64,000 bases of DNA from an uncultured Anaerovorax sp. (GCA_963521065.1 CAUQTI010000015.1:2095-66094), one strand, 5' to 3'; counted from the stretch's first letter, positions 19,016 to 28,025 are shown. The notes: generated by a model not told the origin, from the sequence alone. Program-made: numbers and translations.

Positions 19016-19687
19016 TTGATAACTATTATAAATTATGGGGAATATATCTTAGCAGATATTAAGAGTGATTCTATTGAAGATTGGAACTATGCACAAGCTA
19101 CTAATATAAAGGTTAATTTACCGGTAAACACGATGAATTTGGTTAATATGCAACGTAATGGATATTTATTTGTAGATCGTACATATGATGTTTCAATTAA
19201 TTTAGTAAGGTCACAAATAGATTTTGATAAACTTATACGACTAAAAGTTGTAAAAGAAAATAGGGTATCGGCACAGGTTCGCGAGATTGCATTAAAAAGC
19301 TTTCCGAATGATCGGAGATTTCATTTTTCCCCAGTTTGTAACAATAATATAGCATGTCAGGTAATTGATGACTGGCTAGAGAAATTAGAAGATATATATG
19401 TTTGCTATTATAGGGAATTACCGATAGGATTTGCTTCTTTACAATATAAGGATGATAAGCATATGTTTGTACATTTAGCAGCAGTAGATGAGAACTATAG
19501 GAGAACCGGAGCGGCACTTACACTATATTCATATCTTGCTAAATTATGCAAAGAAAATAATTGTCTTACAATGGAGGGTACAATTTCAAGTTTTAATATC
19601 CCCGTATTGAACTTATATTCCTATTTGGGAGCATCTTTTTCTAATCCAAGAGATATTTTTTTAAAGGAGGTAATGAATGAGAAATAA
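19016..19687 (+). CDS. GNAT acyltransferase, WecD-like
   Basis: HLAAVDENYRRTGAA acyl-CoA binding motif and NIPVLNLYSYLGA. SFPNDRRFH...W resembles the WecD F..SRF...W segment. Confidence 0.65.
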   Translation: MITIINYGEYILADIKSDSIEDWNYAQATNIKVNLPVNTMNLVNMQRNGYLFVDRTYDVSINLVRSQIDFDKLIRLKVVKENRVSAQVREIALKSFPNDRRFHFSPVCNNNIACQVIDDWLEKLEDIYVCYYRELPIGFASLQYKDDKHMFVHLAAVDENYRRTGAALTLYSYLAKLCKENNCLTMEGTISSFNIPVLNLYSYLGASFSNPRDIFLKEVMNEK

Positions 19688-20756
19688 TCTAGAGAAATTT
19701 CATGAAATACAACCTTATGGTCTAATGCAAACTGAAAAAGAAAAGCTTTTAGGATCTAGATTAAATGAGTTAACCTCTTGTCATTACGAGAATTGCAAGG
19801 AATACCATAAAATATTAAAAACACTGGAGGTTAATTTAGACAAAACATATGAGATTGAAGAGATTCCATTTATTCCAGTTAGACTTTTTAAGAACTATGA
19901 ATTACTTAGTGTTTCCAAAGATGACATTGCAAAGGTTATGACTTCTTCTGGAACGAGTGGACAATCAGTATCTAAAATTTATCTTAGCAAAGAGAATATC
20001 CGTTCTCAGACAAAAACATTGGCGCAAATTATATCTTCATTTATAGGTAAAAAAAGATTGCCTTTGCTTATTTTGGATACAGAACTTGTGAAAAAAGATA
20101 GGAATATGTTTTCTGCACGAGGTGCTGGAATAATCGGATTCACAACTTTTGGAAGAGATATTTGTTATGCACTAGATGAGAAAATGCAGTTAGATGTGGA
20201 TAAAGTTATAGGATTTATTGAAAAATATAAAAATGAGACAATCCTTATGTTTGGGTATACATATATGATATGGCAGTATATCGTTTTGGAATTGGAGAGA
20301 TTAGGGATCTCATTAAAAACAAAAGGTATTCTATTTCACATTGGAGGATGGAAAAAATTAAAAGATCAAGCAGTAGATACTTTGGCGTATAACAGACGTG
20401 TATGTGGTTGTTTTGGTGATGTTCAAGTATATAATTATTATGGTATGGCAGAGCAATTAGGCTCTGTTTTTGTTGAATGTGAACATGGGCATATGCATTG
20501 TTCAAATTATTCAGACATTATCATTCGAAGAGCGAAAGACTTTAGCGTAGCTGATATAAAAGAACGAGGATTAATTGAGTTGGTTTCAGCTTTGCCTATA
20601 AGTTATCCGGGACATGCTATACTCACAGAAGACGAAGGAGAAATACTAGGAATTGATAATTGTCCCTGCGGAAGAAAAGGAAAGTATTTTAAAATATATG
20701 GACGAGTTAAAGGTGCAGAAATAAGGGGGTGTAGTGATACACATGAAAGACGTTGA
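19677..20756 (+). CDS. Acyl-protein synthetase (LuxE family)
   Basis: PFIPVRLFK, MTSSGTSG, GGWKK, YYGMAEQ, SYPGHAILTEDEG, CPCGRKG, C-terminal GRV...EIRGCSD. Confidence 0.88.
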   Translation: MRNNLEKFHEIQPYGLMQTEKEKLLGSRLNELTSCHYENCKEYHKILKTLEVNLDKTYEIEEIPFIPVRLFKNYELLSVSKDDIAKVMTSSGTSGQSVSKIYLSKENIRSQTKTLAQIISSFIGKKRLPLLILDTELVKKDRNMFSARGAGIIGFTTFGRDICYALDEKMQLDVDKVIGFIEKYKNETILMFGYTYMIWQYIVLELERLGISLKTKGILFHIGGWKKLKDQAVDTLAYNRRVCGCFGDVQVYNYYGMAEQLGSVFVECEHGHMHCSNYSDIIIRRAKDFSVADIKERGLIELVSALPISYPGHAILTEDEGEILGIDNCPCGRKGKYFKIYGRVKGAEIRGCSDTHERR

Positions 20757-21906
20757 ATTTTTGGTAGGAAAAGAAGCTCCTTTAGATAAAACAGTATTAC
20801 CCCCATATAGCGATATCGTATGCAACTTTTTACAAGAGTTATCTGGTCGGTTAATAAGAGAGGCAAAGCTTTATCCAGATGTACTTTCTTTTGCGTATTG
20901 GTGTAGAAAAGCTAATTTATTAAAATTGAAAGAAAGTGCATCATATGGCCGATTGGGACGTGGAATGGTATTTCATATTACTCCATCCAATGTTCCGGTA
21001 AATTTTGCATTCTCATTAGCATTTTCATTATTAGCCGGAAATAACAATATTGTCAGAGTTAGCAGCAAAAAATTTCCTCAGGTAGATTTGATATGCAGAG
21101 TGATGAATGAAGTTCTTTTAAATCATCCTAATTTAGCGAATAAAGTAAGGATAATTCGGTATGGGCATAATCAAGAAGTAACGGCTGCACTTTCCATGCA
21201 GTCGGATGTTCGTATGGTTTGGGGCGGAGACGAAACAGTAAGTTTATTAAAGATGGAAAAGACAAAACCACAATGCTTAGATATATGTTTTGTTGATCGC
21301 TATTCAGTAGCAATGATTAGTGGGAAAGAGATACTATCATTAAGTGATAGTGAACTTATTCGATTGGCAGAGCAATTTTATAATGATACTTACTTAGTTG
21401 ATCAAAATGCGTGTTCCTCACCACAACTAGTTTTGTGGTATGAAGATGATTTATTTGGGCGTGAGCGATTTTGGAATGCAGTATATGATTGTGCAAAAAA
21501 AAGATACACATTGCAAGAAGCTGTATGTGTAGATAAATATACCAGGCTGTGTGAGAATGCGATAGATGGGATAGGAATAAAGACTAGTCAAAGGTTTGGG
21601 AATTTGTTATATCGCATGGATTTAGAAACTATAAATCTATCGACACAACAATTACGAGGTGTATGCGGAATGTTTTATGAATACTCACTGAATGATTGGA
21701 GTGAATTAAAAAAGTTTGTTTCTAATAAATATCAAACCGTTACATGCTTTGGGATAAATCGTCAGTTACTTAGAGAATTTGTAATAAATAATGGGCTCAA
21801 TGGAATTGATCGAATAGTTCCAATTGGAAAAGCAGTAGATATTGGTATTATCTGGGACGGATACGATTTGATTGGCATGTTGTCGCGCGTGGTAGCATTA
21901 GTATAA
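20734..21906 (+). CDS. Acyl-CoA/acyl-protein reductase (LuxC family)
   Basis: GRGMVFHITPSNVPVNF, LLAGNNNIVRVSS, WGGDETV, DRYS, DQNACSSPQ (catalytic Cys), YQT, GIDRIVPIG, WDG. Confidence 0.88.
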   Translation: MIHMKDVEFLVGKEAPLDKTVLPPYSDIVCNFLQELSGRLIREAKLYPDVLSFAYWCRKANLLKLKESASYGRLGRGMVFHITPSNVPVNFAFSLAFSLLAGNNNIVRVSSKKFPQVDLICRVMNEVLLNHPNLANKVRIIRYGHNQEVTAALSMQSDVRMVWGGDETVSLLKMEKTKPQCLDICFVDRYSVAMISGKEILSLSDSELIRLAEQFYNDTYLVDQNACSSPQLVLWYEDDLFGRERFWNAVYDCAKKRYTLQEAVCVDKYTRLCENAIDGIGIKTSQRFGNLLYRMDLETINLSTQQLRGVCGMFYEYSLNDWSELKKFVSNKYQTVTCFGINRQLLREFVINNGLNGIDRIVPIGKAVDIGIIWDGYDLIGMLSRVVALV

Positions 21907-21920
21907 GATGGAGATTTTTT

Positions 21921-23411
21921 ATGTTGTTTAATTCAATAAAGTTTCTAATATTTTTTCCTATAGTTTCGATAATATATTTTACGATTCCACAAAAAATAAA
22001 AAGTTTATGGCTTTTAATAATGAGCTATTTCTTTTATATGTGTTGGAATCCTAAATATGTAATCCTTATTGCAACGTCTACATTAATTACATATTATAGT
22101 GGAATTCTTATTGAAAAAGTTGAATCGATTAATTCGCAAAAAAAGAAGCAACATGGTAAGAAAATAGTTGTTATACTTAGTATAGTCAGTAATTTAAGCA
22201 TCCTCTTTTTCTTTAAATATTTTCCATTTGCAATTAATAATTTAAATGCTGGATTAAGTATTTTCAATATATCATTTAATATACCAACATTTGATATTCT
22301 TTTACCGGTAGGAATATCTTTCTATACTTTTCAGGCTTTAGGGTATACAATAGATGTTTATAGACAAGAAATACCAGCTGAAAAAAGTCTTTTAAAATAT
22401 GCTCTTTTTGTATCTTTTTTCCCGCAATTAGTAGCAGGACCAATTGAAAGATCTAAAAATCTTCTAAATCAGATTAATAAAGAAAATCATTTCGAATATA
22501 ATCGAGTTAAAAATGGTTTGCTTTTAATGATTTGGGGTTTATTTCAAAAAATGGTTATTGCGGATCACATTGCAATAGTAGTGAATCAAATTTATGATAA
22601 CTATGAACAATATACAGGCGTTTATTTAATGTTTGCAACTATTTTATTTGCATTTCAAATTTATTGTGATTTTGCTGGATATAGCAATATTGCCATAGGT
22701 GCAGCGAGAGTAATGGGATTTTCATTAATGGATAATTTTAAAAGGCCCTATTTTGCAAGGTCTGTAGGAGATTTTTGGAGAAGGTGGCATATTTCTTTAA
22801 GTACCTGGTTTAGGGACTATTTGTATATACCATTAGGCGGAAATCGTTGTTCAAAATTGCGAAAATATTTTAATTTAATGGTTACATTTTTAATAAGTGG
22901 ACTTTGGCATGGAGCAAGTTGGAACTATGTAGTATGGGGTGGAATGAATGGAAGCTATCAAGTTATAGGAGATTTTATTAAACCTTTGAGGCAAACAGTT
23001 AGCGACAAATTAAACGTTAGAAAAGAATGCTTTAGTTATCGCCTACTATGTAAAATTTCTACTTTTATTTTAATTGATTTTTCCTGGTTATTTTTTAGAG
23101 CCGATGGATTCAGAAATGGGTGCATGATGCTTAAAATAATTTTTGGAAATTTTAGTTTTGCTAGTATTTTTGATCATGTTTCATACCCCATTGGATTGGA
23201 TGGCTATGATTTTAAAATTATGATTTTAGGGATATTATTGCTAATTGTGATTGATTGTATGAGTGAGAGGCTGGATGTGTTAGAATGGCTTTCTGAGCAG
23301 AATATTTGGTTTAGATGGACAATGTATTATGTATTGATTCTTTCAATTATAATTTTTGGCGTGTACGGTATAAGCTATAATAGTGAGCAGTTTATTTATT
23401 TTCAATTTTGA
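21921..23411 (+). CDS. MBOAT family O-acyltransferase (AlgI/DltB-like), island copy
   Basis: LPVGISFYTFQ, FFPQLVAGPIER, QIYCDFAGYS, FWRRWHISLSTWFRDYLYIPLGGN, SGLWHGASW, ends FIYFQF. Confidence 0.93.
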   Translation: MLFNSIKFLIFFPIVSIIYFTIPQKIKSLWLLIMSYFFYMCWNPKYVILIATSTLITYYSGILIEKVESINSQKKKQHGKKIVVILSIVSNLSILFFFKYFPFAINNLNAGLSIFNISFNIPTFDILLPVGISFYTFQALGYTIDVYRQEIPAEKSLLKYALFVSFFPQLVAGPIERSKNLLNQINKENHFEYNRVKNGLLLMIWGLFQKMVIADHIAIVVNQIYDNYEQYTGVYLMFATILFAFQIYCDFAGYSNIAIGAARVMGFSLMDNFKRPYFARSVGDFWRRWHISLSTWFRDYLYIPLGGNRCSKLRKYFNLMVTFLISGLWHGASWNYVVWGGMNGSYQVIGDFIKPLRQTVSDKLNVRKECFSYRLLCKISTFILIDFSWLFFRADGFRNGCMMLKIIFGNFSFASIFDHVSYPIGLDGYDFKIMILGILLLIVIDCMSERLDVLEWLSEQNIWFRWTMYYVLILSIIIFGVYGISYNSEQFIYFQF

Positions 23412-23418
23412 GGTATAC

Positions 23419-24450
23419 ATGTTGCGTAATATAGAAAAATGGAAATGTATAATTTTTATAATAATACTTGTTTTGTTAATAATTTCTTTAAACTTGGTAC
23501 TTAAACCGTATAAGTATGGGTATAAAGAGTATCATTCACTGCATTCAAATACAGTGGATATTTTATTGACAGGGAGTAGCCGAATATTTACAGGCATAGA
23601 TACGATGAGGCTTTGGGAAGATAGTGGATATTCGGCATTTATTTTAGGGGGGAATGCACAACCTTATGCGGCATCATATCTGTCTGTATTAGAAGCTTTA
23701 CAAACGCAGTCACCCAAATTGTTAGTCTTGGATGGATCTGTAATTGGAATGAGAACGACTTGGAATGACTGTATATTGGCAGAAGGTACTTTCTATGATA
23801 ATTTTGATAGAATTCCTTTTTCTTTAGAAAAAGGAAAAACGGTTTTTGATTTGTTGCCAGTAAGTACAGCTAGTAAATATTTTGTTCCACTCATCAATTG
23901 TCATGATCGTTGGAAAAGCGTAACGGGAGAAAATTTTAAATTAGAGGATGCAAATAACAAAAAATATATGGGGTTTAAGGGTATAAAATTAGATTTTTCG
24001 AAAGAGACACAGGATTCTGAGACATGGATTGATAGTATTACACCATTATCGGAAAAAGATTTAAAATATTTTAACAAGAATGTAGAATTAGCTAAAAAAG
24101 CAGGAATGCAGGTAATTGTCATAGTAACACCAATGTTATATTATCAACCGCTATTTATGGAAGATTATCAACAGAGAATAAATGCATTAGGAGCATATTG
24201 CAATGATATAGGGATCACATTTTTAAATTATAATCTTATATTGAAAGATTTTGATTATACAAATAATATGTCTGATAAAATTCATTGTAATTATAATGGA
24301 GCACAAGAAGTGACAGGACATCTTAGTAAATTTATCAACGAAAATTATAAAATAGAGAATCATCTTCAGGATAAACAGTATGACCAATGGAATAAATGTA
24401 TGAACGAATATATAAAAGAATTGAAGGAGTTATCATGCAAGCCATTTTAA
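23419..24450 (+). CDS. Membrane-anchored SGNH-like partner of the MBOAT
   Basis: N-terminal TM, TGSSR, HDRW, DKIHCNYNGA (DxxHxNxxGA). ATG at 23419 has a GAGG RBS. Confidence 0.7.
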   Translation: MLRNIEKWKCIIFIIILVLLIISLNLVLKPYKYGYKEYHSLHSNTVDILLTGSSRIFTGIDTMRLWEDSGYSAFILGGNAQPYAASYLSVLEALQTQSPKLLVLDGSVIGMRTTWNDCILAEGTFYDNFDRIPFSLEKGKTVFDLLPVSTASKYFVPLINCHDRWKSVTGENFKLEDANNKKYMGFKGIKLDFSKETQDSETWIDSITPLSEKDLKYFNKNVELAKKAGMQVIVIVTPMLYYQPLFMEDYQQRINALGAYCNDIGITFLNYNLILKDFDYTNNMSDKIHCNYNGAQEVTGHLSKFINENYKIENHLQDKQYDQWNKCMNEYIKELKELSCKPF

Positions 24451-25595
24451 TTCTCGGTTCCGGCTTTGCTGGTGCCGTAGCTGCTCGCCAACTGGCAGAA
24501 AAATATAACAGAAAAGTTTTGGTAGTAGAAAAACGCAGTCATATTGGCGGGAATATGTTTGAAGCAGAAGTTGAAAACGGAATACGCGTACATAAATATG
24601 GCCCTCATCTTTTTCATACCAATTCGGATATGGTGTTTGAATATTTAAAGAGATTTGGCTTGTGGAAACCATATACGCACCGCGTTTTAGGGAAGATTGA
24701 CGGAAAACTTGTACCGATTCCATTTAATTTTAAATCCATGGATATGCTATTTTCCATAAAACCTACAAATATCTTAAAGAACAGGATACTAGAGGAATAC
24801 CCAAATCAAGAAAAAATATCCATTATGGATCTAATGCAAACGGAGGACTCCCTAATCTCAGATTTCGGAAAATATGTTTTTGAAAAAGTGTTTGTTCATT
24901 ATACGGCAAAGCAGTGGCAGCAGCCAATTGAAAAGGTAGATGTATCTGTCATTAATCGGATTCCGGTTGTGCTTAGCTATGACGACCGTTACTTTAGTGA
25001 CAAGCATCAATATATACCGAAAGATGGATATAATGAAATATTTGAGAATTTATTAAATCATCCTAATATTAAGGTAAAATTGAACTTTAATAGTAGAAAA
25101 CGCTTGCAGATAGATTATGAAGAGCATAGAGTCTATCTTGATGGAACTGAATGGAATGGTCCAATTATTTATACTGGTGCGGTCGATGAATTAATGAATT
25201 ATAGAATAGGCTATCTTCCTTACCGTTCTTTAGACTTAGTTTTTGAGCAATGTAATGCCGATTTTTATCAGCCAGGGGCCGTTGTCAATTATCCGAATGA
25301 AGAAGAGTTTACACGAATTACGGAATTTAAGCATATTACAGGACAGAAGCTAGAAGGAAAAACTGCTATTTTAAAAGAATATCCAATGAATTATGATCCT
25401 TATGCAAAGAAAGGTAATACACCTTATTATCCGATAATAAACCAAAAAAATTTAGATAAATATCATCAATATAAAGAACTTTTAAAAGGCTTTTCAAATA
25501 TTTATTTATGTGGTCGATTAGCGGAGTATAAATATTATAATATGGATCAAGTGATTGAAAGAGCGATACTTTTAGCAGATAAGCTGGGAGAATAA
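24435..25595 (+). CDS. glf: UDP-galactopyranose mutase
   Basis: GSGFAGAV.A, EKRSHIGGN, HKYGPHLFHTN, YTAKQW, YFSDKHQYIPKDGY, LPYRSL, TRITEFKH, PYYP, GRLAEYKYYNMDQ. Confidence 0.95.
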   Translation: MQAILILGSGFAGAVAARQLAEKYNRKVLVVEKRSHIGGNMFEAEVENGIRVHKYGPHLFHTNSDMVFEYLKRFGLWKPYTHRVLGKIDGKLVPIPFNFKSMDMLFSIKPTNILKNRILEEYPNQEKISIMDLMQTEDSLISDFGKYVFEKVFVHYTAKQWQQPIEKVDVSVINRIPVVLSYDDRYFSDKHQYIPKDGYNEIFENLLNHPNIKVKLNFNSRKRLQIDYEEHRVYLDGTEWNGPIIYTGAVDELMNYRIGYLPYRSLDLVFEQCNADFYQPGAVVNYPNEEEFTRITEFKHITGQKLEGKTAILKEYPMNYDPYAKKGNTPYYPIINQKNLDKYHQYKELLKGFSNIYLCGRLAEYKYYNMDQVIERAILLADKLGE

Positions 25596-25599
25596 TAAA

Positions 25600-26448
25600 A
25601 TGGAGCCGAACATCAAAATTTATGTATCCTGCCATAGACCTTCCTTTGTGCCAGATCATGCACTGTTGTACCCGCTGGAAGTCGGAACGTCGTTGAGAGA
25701 AACGCAGATAAAAGGAATTCTTCATGATAATGAGGGGGCGGAGCATATATCAGGGGAGAATCGGTATTATTGTGAACTAACAGGGCAGTATTGGGCGTGG
25801 AAAAATGAAGAAGCCGATTATTACGGCTTTTTTCATTATCGCAGATATTTCTCCTTTGCAGGAGATAATACTGTAAAGCCTTGCATTGTATTAAATTATC
25901 CAAATCAAGCCTTTTTAGAACAGTATGGTTATGATGAGATGAATTTGAGGAAAATAATTTTGCAATATGATATTATTGTTCCAATGGCAGTTGAAATGCA
26001 TGAATCGGTGTATGATTATTATAAAGATGCCGATAATCATGATATTAAAGATTTGGAGCTTGCTTTTTCTATCTGTAAGGAGCTTTATCCGCATATGGAA
26101 AAAGAAGCAAATGAGTATCTTTATAGTACAAGGTCCTATTTTTGTAACATGTATATAATGAAAAAAGAAATTTTTCATAGTTATTGCCAGTGGCTATTTC
26201 CTGTTTTAAATGAATGGGATAAGTGTAGAGGGATAACAAAGCCTGAGCGGGTAGATGGCTACCTTTCTGAACGCCTGTTTGGAGTATATTATCTATGGTT
26301 GAGCAAAAATAAAGATGTTAGAAGGCTAGAAGTGCCTAGAGTAGATTTTGAATTAAATAACAAAATTCTTACTAAGAAAAAGATATTGGATTTTATATTA
26401 CCATCTGGTAGCCGGAGACGTGTTTTTGTTAAGAAGTTTCTACGTTAG
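25600..26448 (+). CDS. DUF4422 family glycosyltransferase (putative galactosyl/galactofuranosyl transferase)
   Basis: IKIYVSCH, HISGENRYYCELTGQYWAWKN, GFFHYRRYF, CNMYIMKKE.F..YCQWLFPVL, RVDGYLSERL; adjacent to glf. Confidence 0.85.
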   Translation: MEPNIKIYVSCHRPSFVPDHALLYPLEVGTSLRETQIKGILHDNEGAEHISGENRYYCELTGQYWAWKNEEADYYGFFHYRRYFSFAGDNTVKPCIVLNYPNQAFLEQYGYDEMNLRKIILQYDIIVPMAVEMHESVYDYYKDADNHDIKDLELAFSICKELYPHMEKEANEYLYSTRSYFCNMYIMKKEIFHSYCQWLFPVLNEWDKCRGITKPERVDGYLSERLFGVYYLWLSKNKDVRRLEVPRVDFELNNKILTKKKILDFILPSGSRRRVFVKKFLR

Positions 26449-26487
26449 CTTTATATAAAACAAATATATGTATAGGATAATTTAGAT

Positions 26488-26517
26488 CTATATTCCTCCC
26501 TCCTTTTGGTTACACTA
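26488..26517 (+). promoter_or_regulatory. Putative forespore sigma-F/sigma-G type promoter
   Basis: CTATA-N15-GGTTACACTA versus sigma-F consensus GyATA-N15-GGnnAnAnTw; followed by GGAGGTG RBS and a SASP-like ORF. Confidence 0.4.
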
Positions 26518-26536
26518 CCGGCAGGAGGTGAAATAA

Positions 26537-26773
26537 ATGAGTAAGAATTACAACGACGGTATTGATCGAGGTGAGATGACCTCAAGGCAGAACGGAAATT
26601 TGACTCGCGCGATGGTGGAAAAAGGGGAGCAGTCAATGAAGGCACAGGAAGCCCTTACTGTAGAGTTTGCAAAGGAACTCGCAGATGAGGAATGCATTCC
26701 AAATGCGCTTCCCCATCAGAATTTAGGACATAATTCGAAAAAGGCCGGACTGGGTCCGAACACAAAAAGATAG
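26537..26773 (+). CDS. Small SASP-like putative spore protein
   Basis: Strong RBS. GEMTSRQNG...MVE resembles the alpha/beta SASP GxLTSRxNG motif; EFAKEL resembles the EIAxEL protease site; ends HNSKKAGLGPNTKR. Confidence 0.5.
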   Translation: MSKNYNDGIDRGEMTSRQNGNLTRAMVEKGEQSMKAQEALTVEFAKELADEECIPNALPHQNLGHNSKKAGLGPNTKR

Positions 26774-26803
26774 TTAAAAAATAAAAAAGCATAGAATTTG
26801 CGT

Positions 26804-27985
26804 TCAGATTTTTAATTGATTTTCAAGGTAAGGTGAATAGTAGCAAAGCTCCGTATATTTTGCAGTCTCATAACCGTGGCGAAGGATCAGTTCAAAATCT
26901 TCCTTAGAGGGTGACTTAAGCGTCGTCGGATAGTGTTTGACATATTCGATTTCCTTTTCACTCAACATGGACACTTCTCCGTTTTTAAAAGCGGATAAAG
27001 GGTTATAGGAAAATGCAAAAATATGCTTTTTTTTGCTTCCAATTTGTACATAATAGCCTTTTTGCGTTCGCAAGAAATAATCAATGACGTCGCGGCTTCG
27101 CAGAGAAACAACCTCATTCATATTAATGTCCAGGAGTTGACGAAGATTACGCAAAGAAAATAGGTTATTCCATTTTCGATAAGAGGAAGGTGCAGAGGCG
27201 TTGCTGACAATTAAAAAATCCAAATCACCTGTCAAATGACCGCCATCCGAGATTTTATAAAGGGCCTCTAAGCCTAAATTATCGTATACTCCACCGTCCC
27301 ATAGATGAAGAATTTTCCAATCTTGCAAGGCCGGAGAGGGAAGTCCGGCCGTTTGAAGGTCTGTTTTTTTCGGAAATCTTACCCAGTTATAATCATCAAT
27401 TAAAAGCTTGTAAGCGCCAATTAAGACAGGGAAACCTGCAGAAGCGGAGATTGCATCGGAAATAGACATTTTGGGGTGGTATACATACCCGATTTTATAA
27501 TCACCCATTTGCTGTTGACTGATACGAAAATTATTTCCCGTTTCAAAGGCGGTACAGTTAATCGACCAAAGCGGTGTCTCAGGAAGATCGCAGACTTGCC
27601 CGTGAATTTCCCATTTTTTTTCAATAATATCAGCTAAAACATTTACCTTTTGATTCCAGTTCCACGGCTTTTCTATGAGAGAAAAAATAGAATCCTGCTG
27701 GATGTTATTTTCTAATATCGTGCGCTGAACTTCTGGCAGCGTTTCTTTCAGAAAAACCTGGCTGCCTGGCCATCGATCATTGTTTTTAGCATAAATCAGC
27801 CCAATTGCTAAGCTCGCACCGGAAACAGAAGAGATGTGCCGGATATTTTCCAGTTCATTACTTTCTGCAAGCCATTTCAGCACACCCAAATGAAAGATGG
27901 CGGCACGAATGCCGCCGCCTGACAGTGAAATGCCGATTTTCTGATTTCCTGCATTGCGTTTCATTGCAATTCGGTGGTTGCGCAT
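26804..27985 (-). CDS. Patatin-like phospholipase family protein
   Basis: SLSGGGIRAAIFHLG oxyanion loop, SSVSGAS nucleophile, ASAGFP, WDGGVYDNLG. Confidence 0.85.
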   Translation of the reverse strand: MRNHRIAMKRNAGNQKIGISLSGGGIRAAIFHLGVLKWLAESNELENIRHISSVSGASLAIGLIYAKNNDRWPGSQVFLKETLPEVQRTILENNIQQDSIFSLIEKPWNWNQKVNVLADIIEKKWEIHGQVCDLPETPLWSINCTAFETGNNFRISQQQMGDYKIGYVYHPKMSISDAISASAGFPVLIGAYKLLIDDYNWVRFPKKTDLQTAGLPSPALQDWKILHLWDGGVYDNLGLEALYKISDGGHLTGDLDFLIVSNASAPSSYRKWNNLFSLRNLRQLLDINMNEVVSLRSRDVIDYFLRTQKGYYVQIGSKKKHIFAFSYNPLSAFKNGEVSMLSEKEIEYVKHYPTTLKSPSKEDFELILRHGYETAKYTELCYYSPYLENQLKI

Positions 27986-27996
27986 AGGATTCCCCC

Positions 27997-28025
27997 TTGC
28001 TCTCTTTATAGTTTTAATTTAGAAT
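27997..28025 (+). promoter_or_regulatory. Putative sigma-A promoter for the second MBOAT cassette
   Basis: TTGCTC-N17-TAGAAT, about 40 nt upstream of the ATG at 28068. Confidence 0.45.

Noticed and set aside
19677..21906. Bioluminescence (lux) operon
   Set aside because: Only LuxE- and LuxC-family genes are present, with no luxA, luxB or luxD, and the context is glycan biosynthesis.
12362..21906. Stand-alone PKS/NRPS secondary metabolite cluster
   Set aside because: No ketosynthase or condensation domain and no dedicated regulator; the block is embedded between pse genes and an MBOAT cassette. A diffusible product cannot be fully excluded.
26804..27985. CBASS-type anti-phage patatin effector
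   Set aside because: No CD-NTase or other defence gene nearby.
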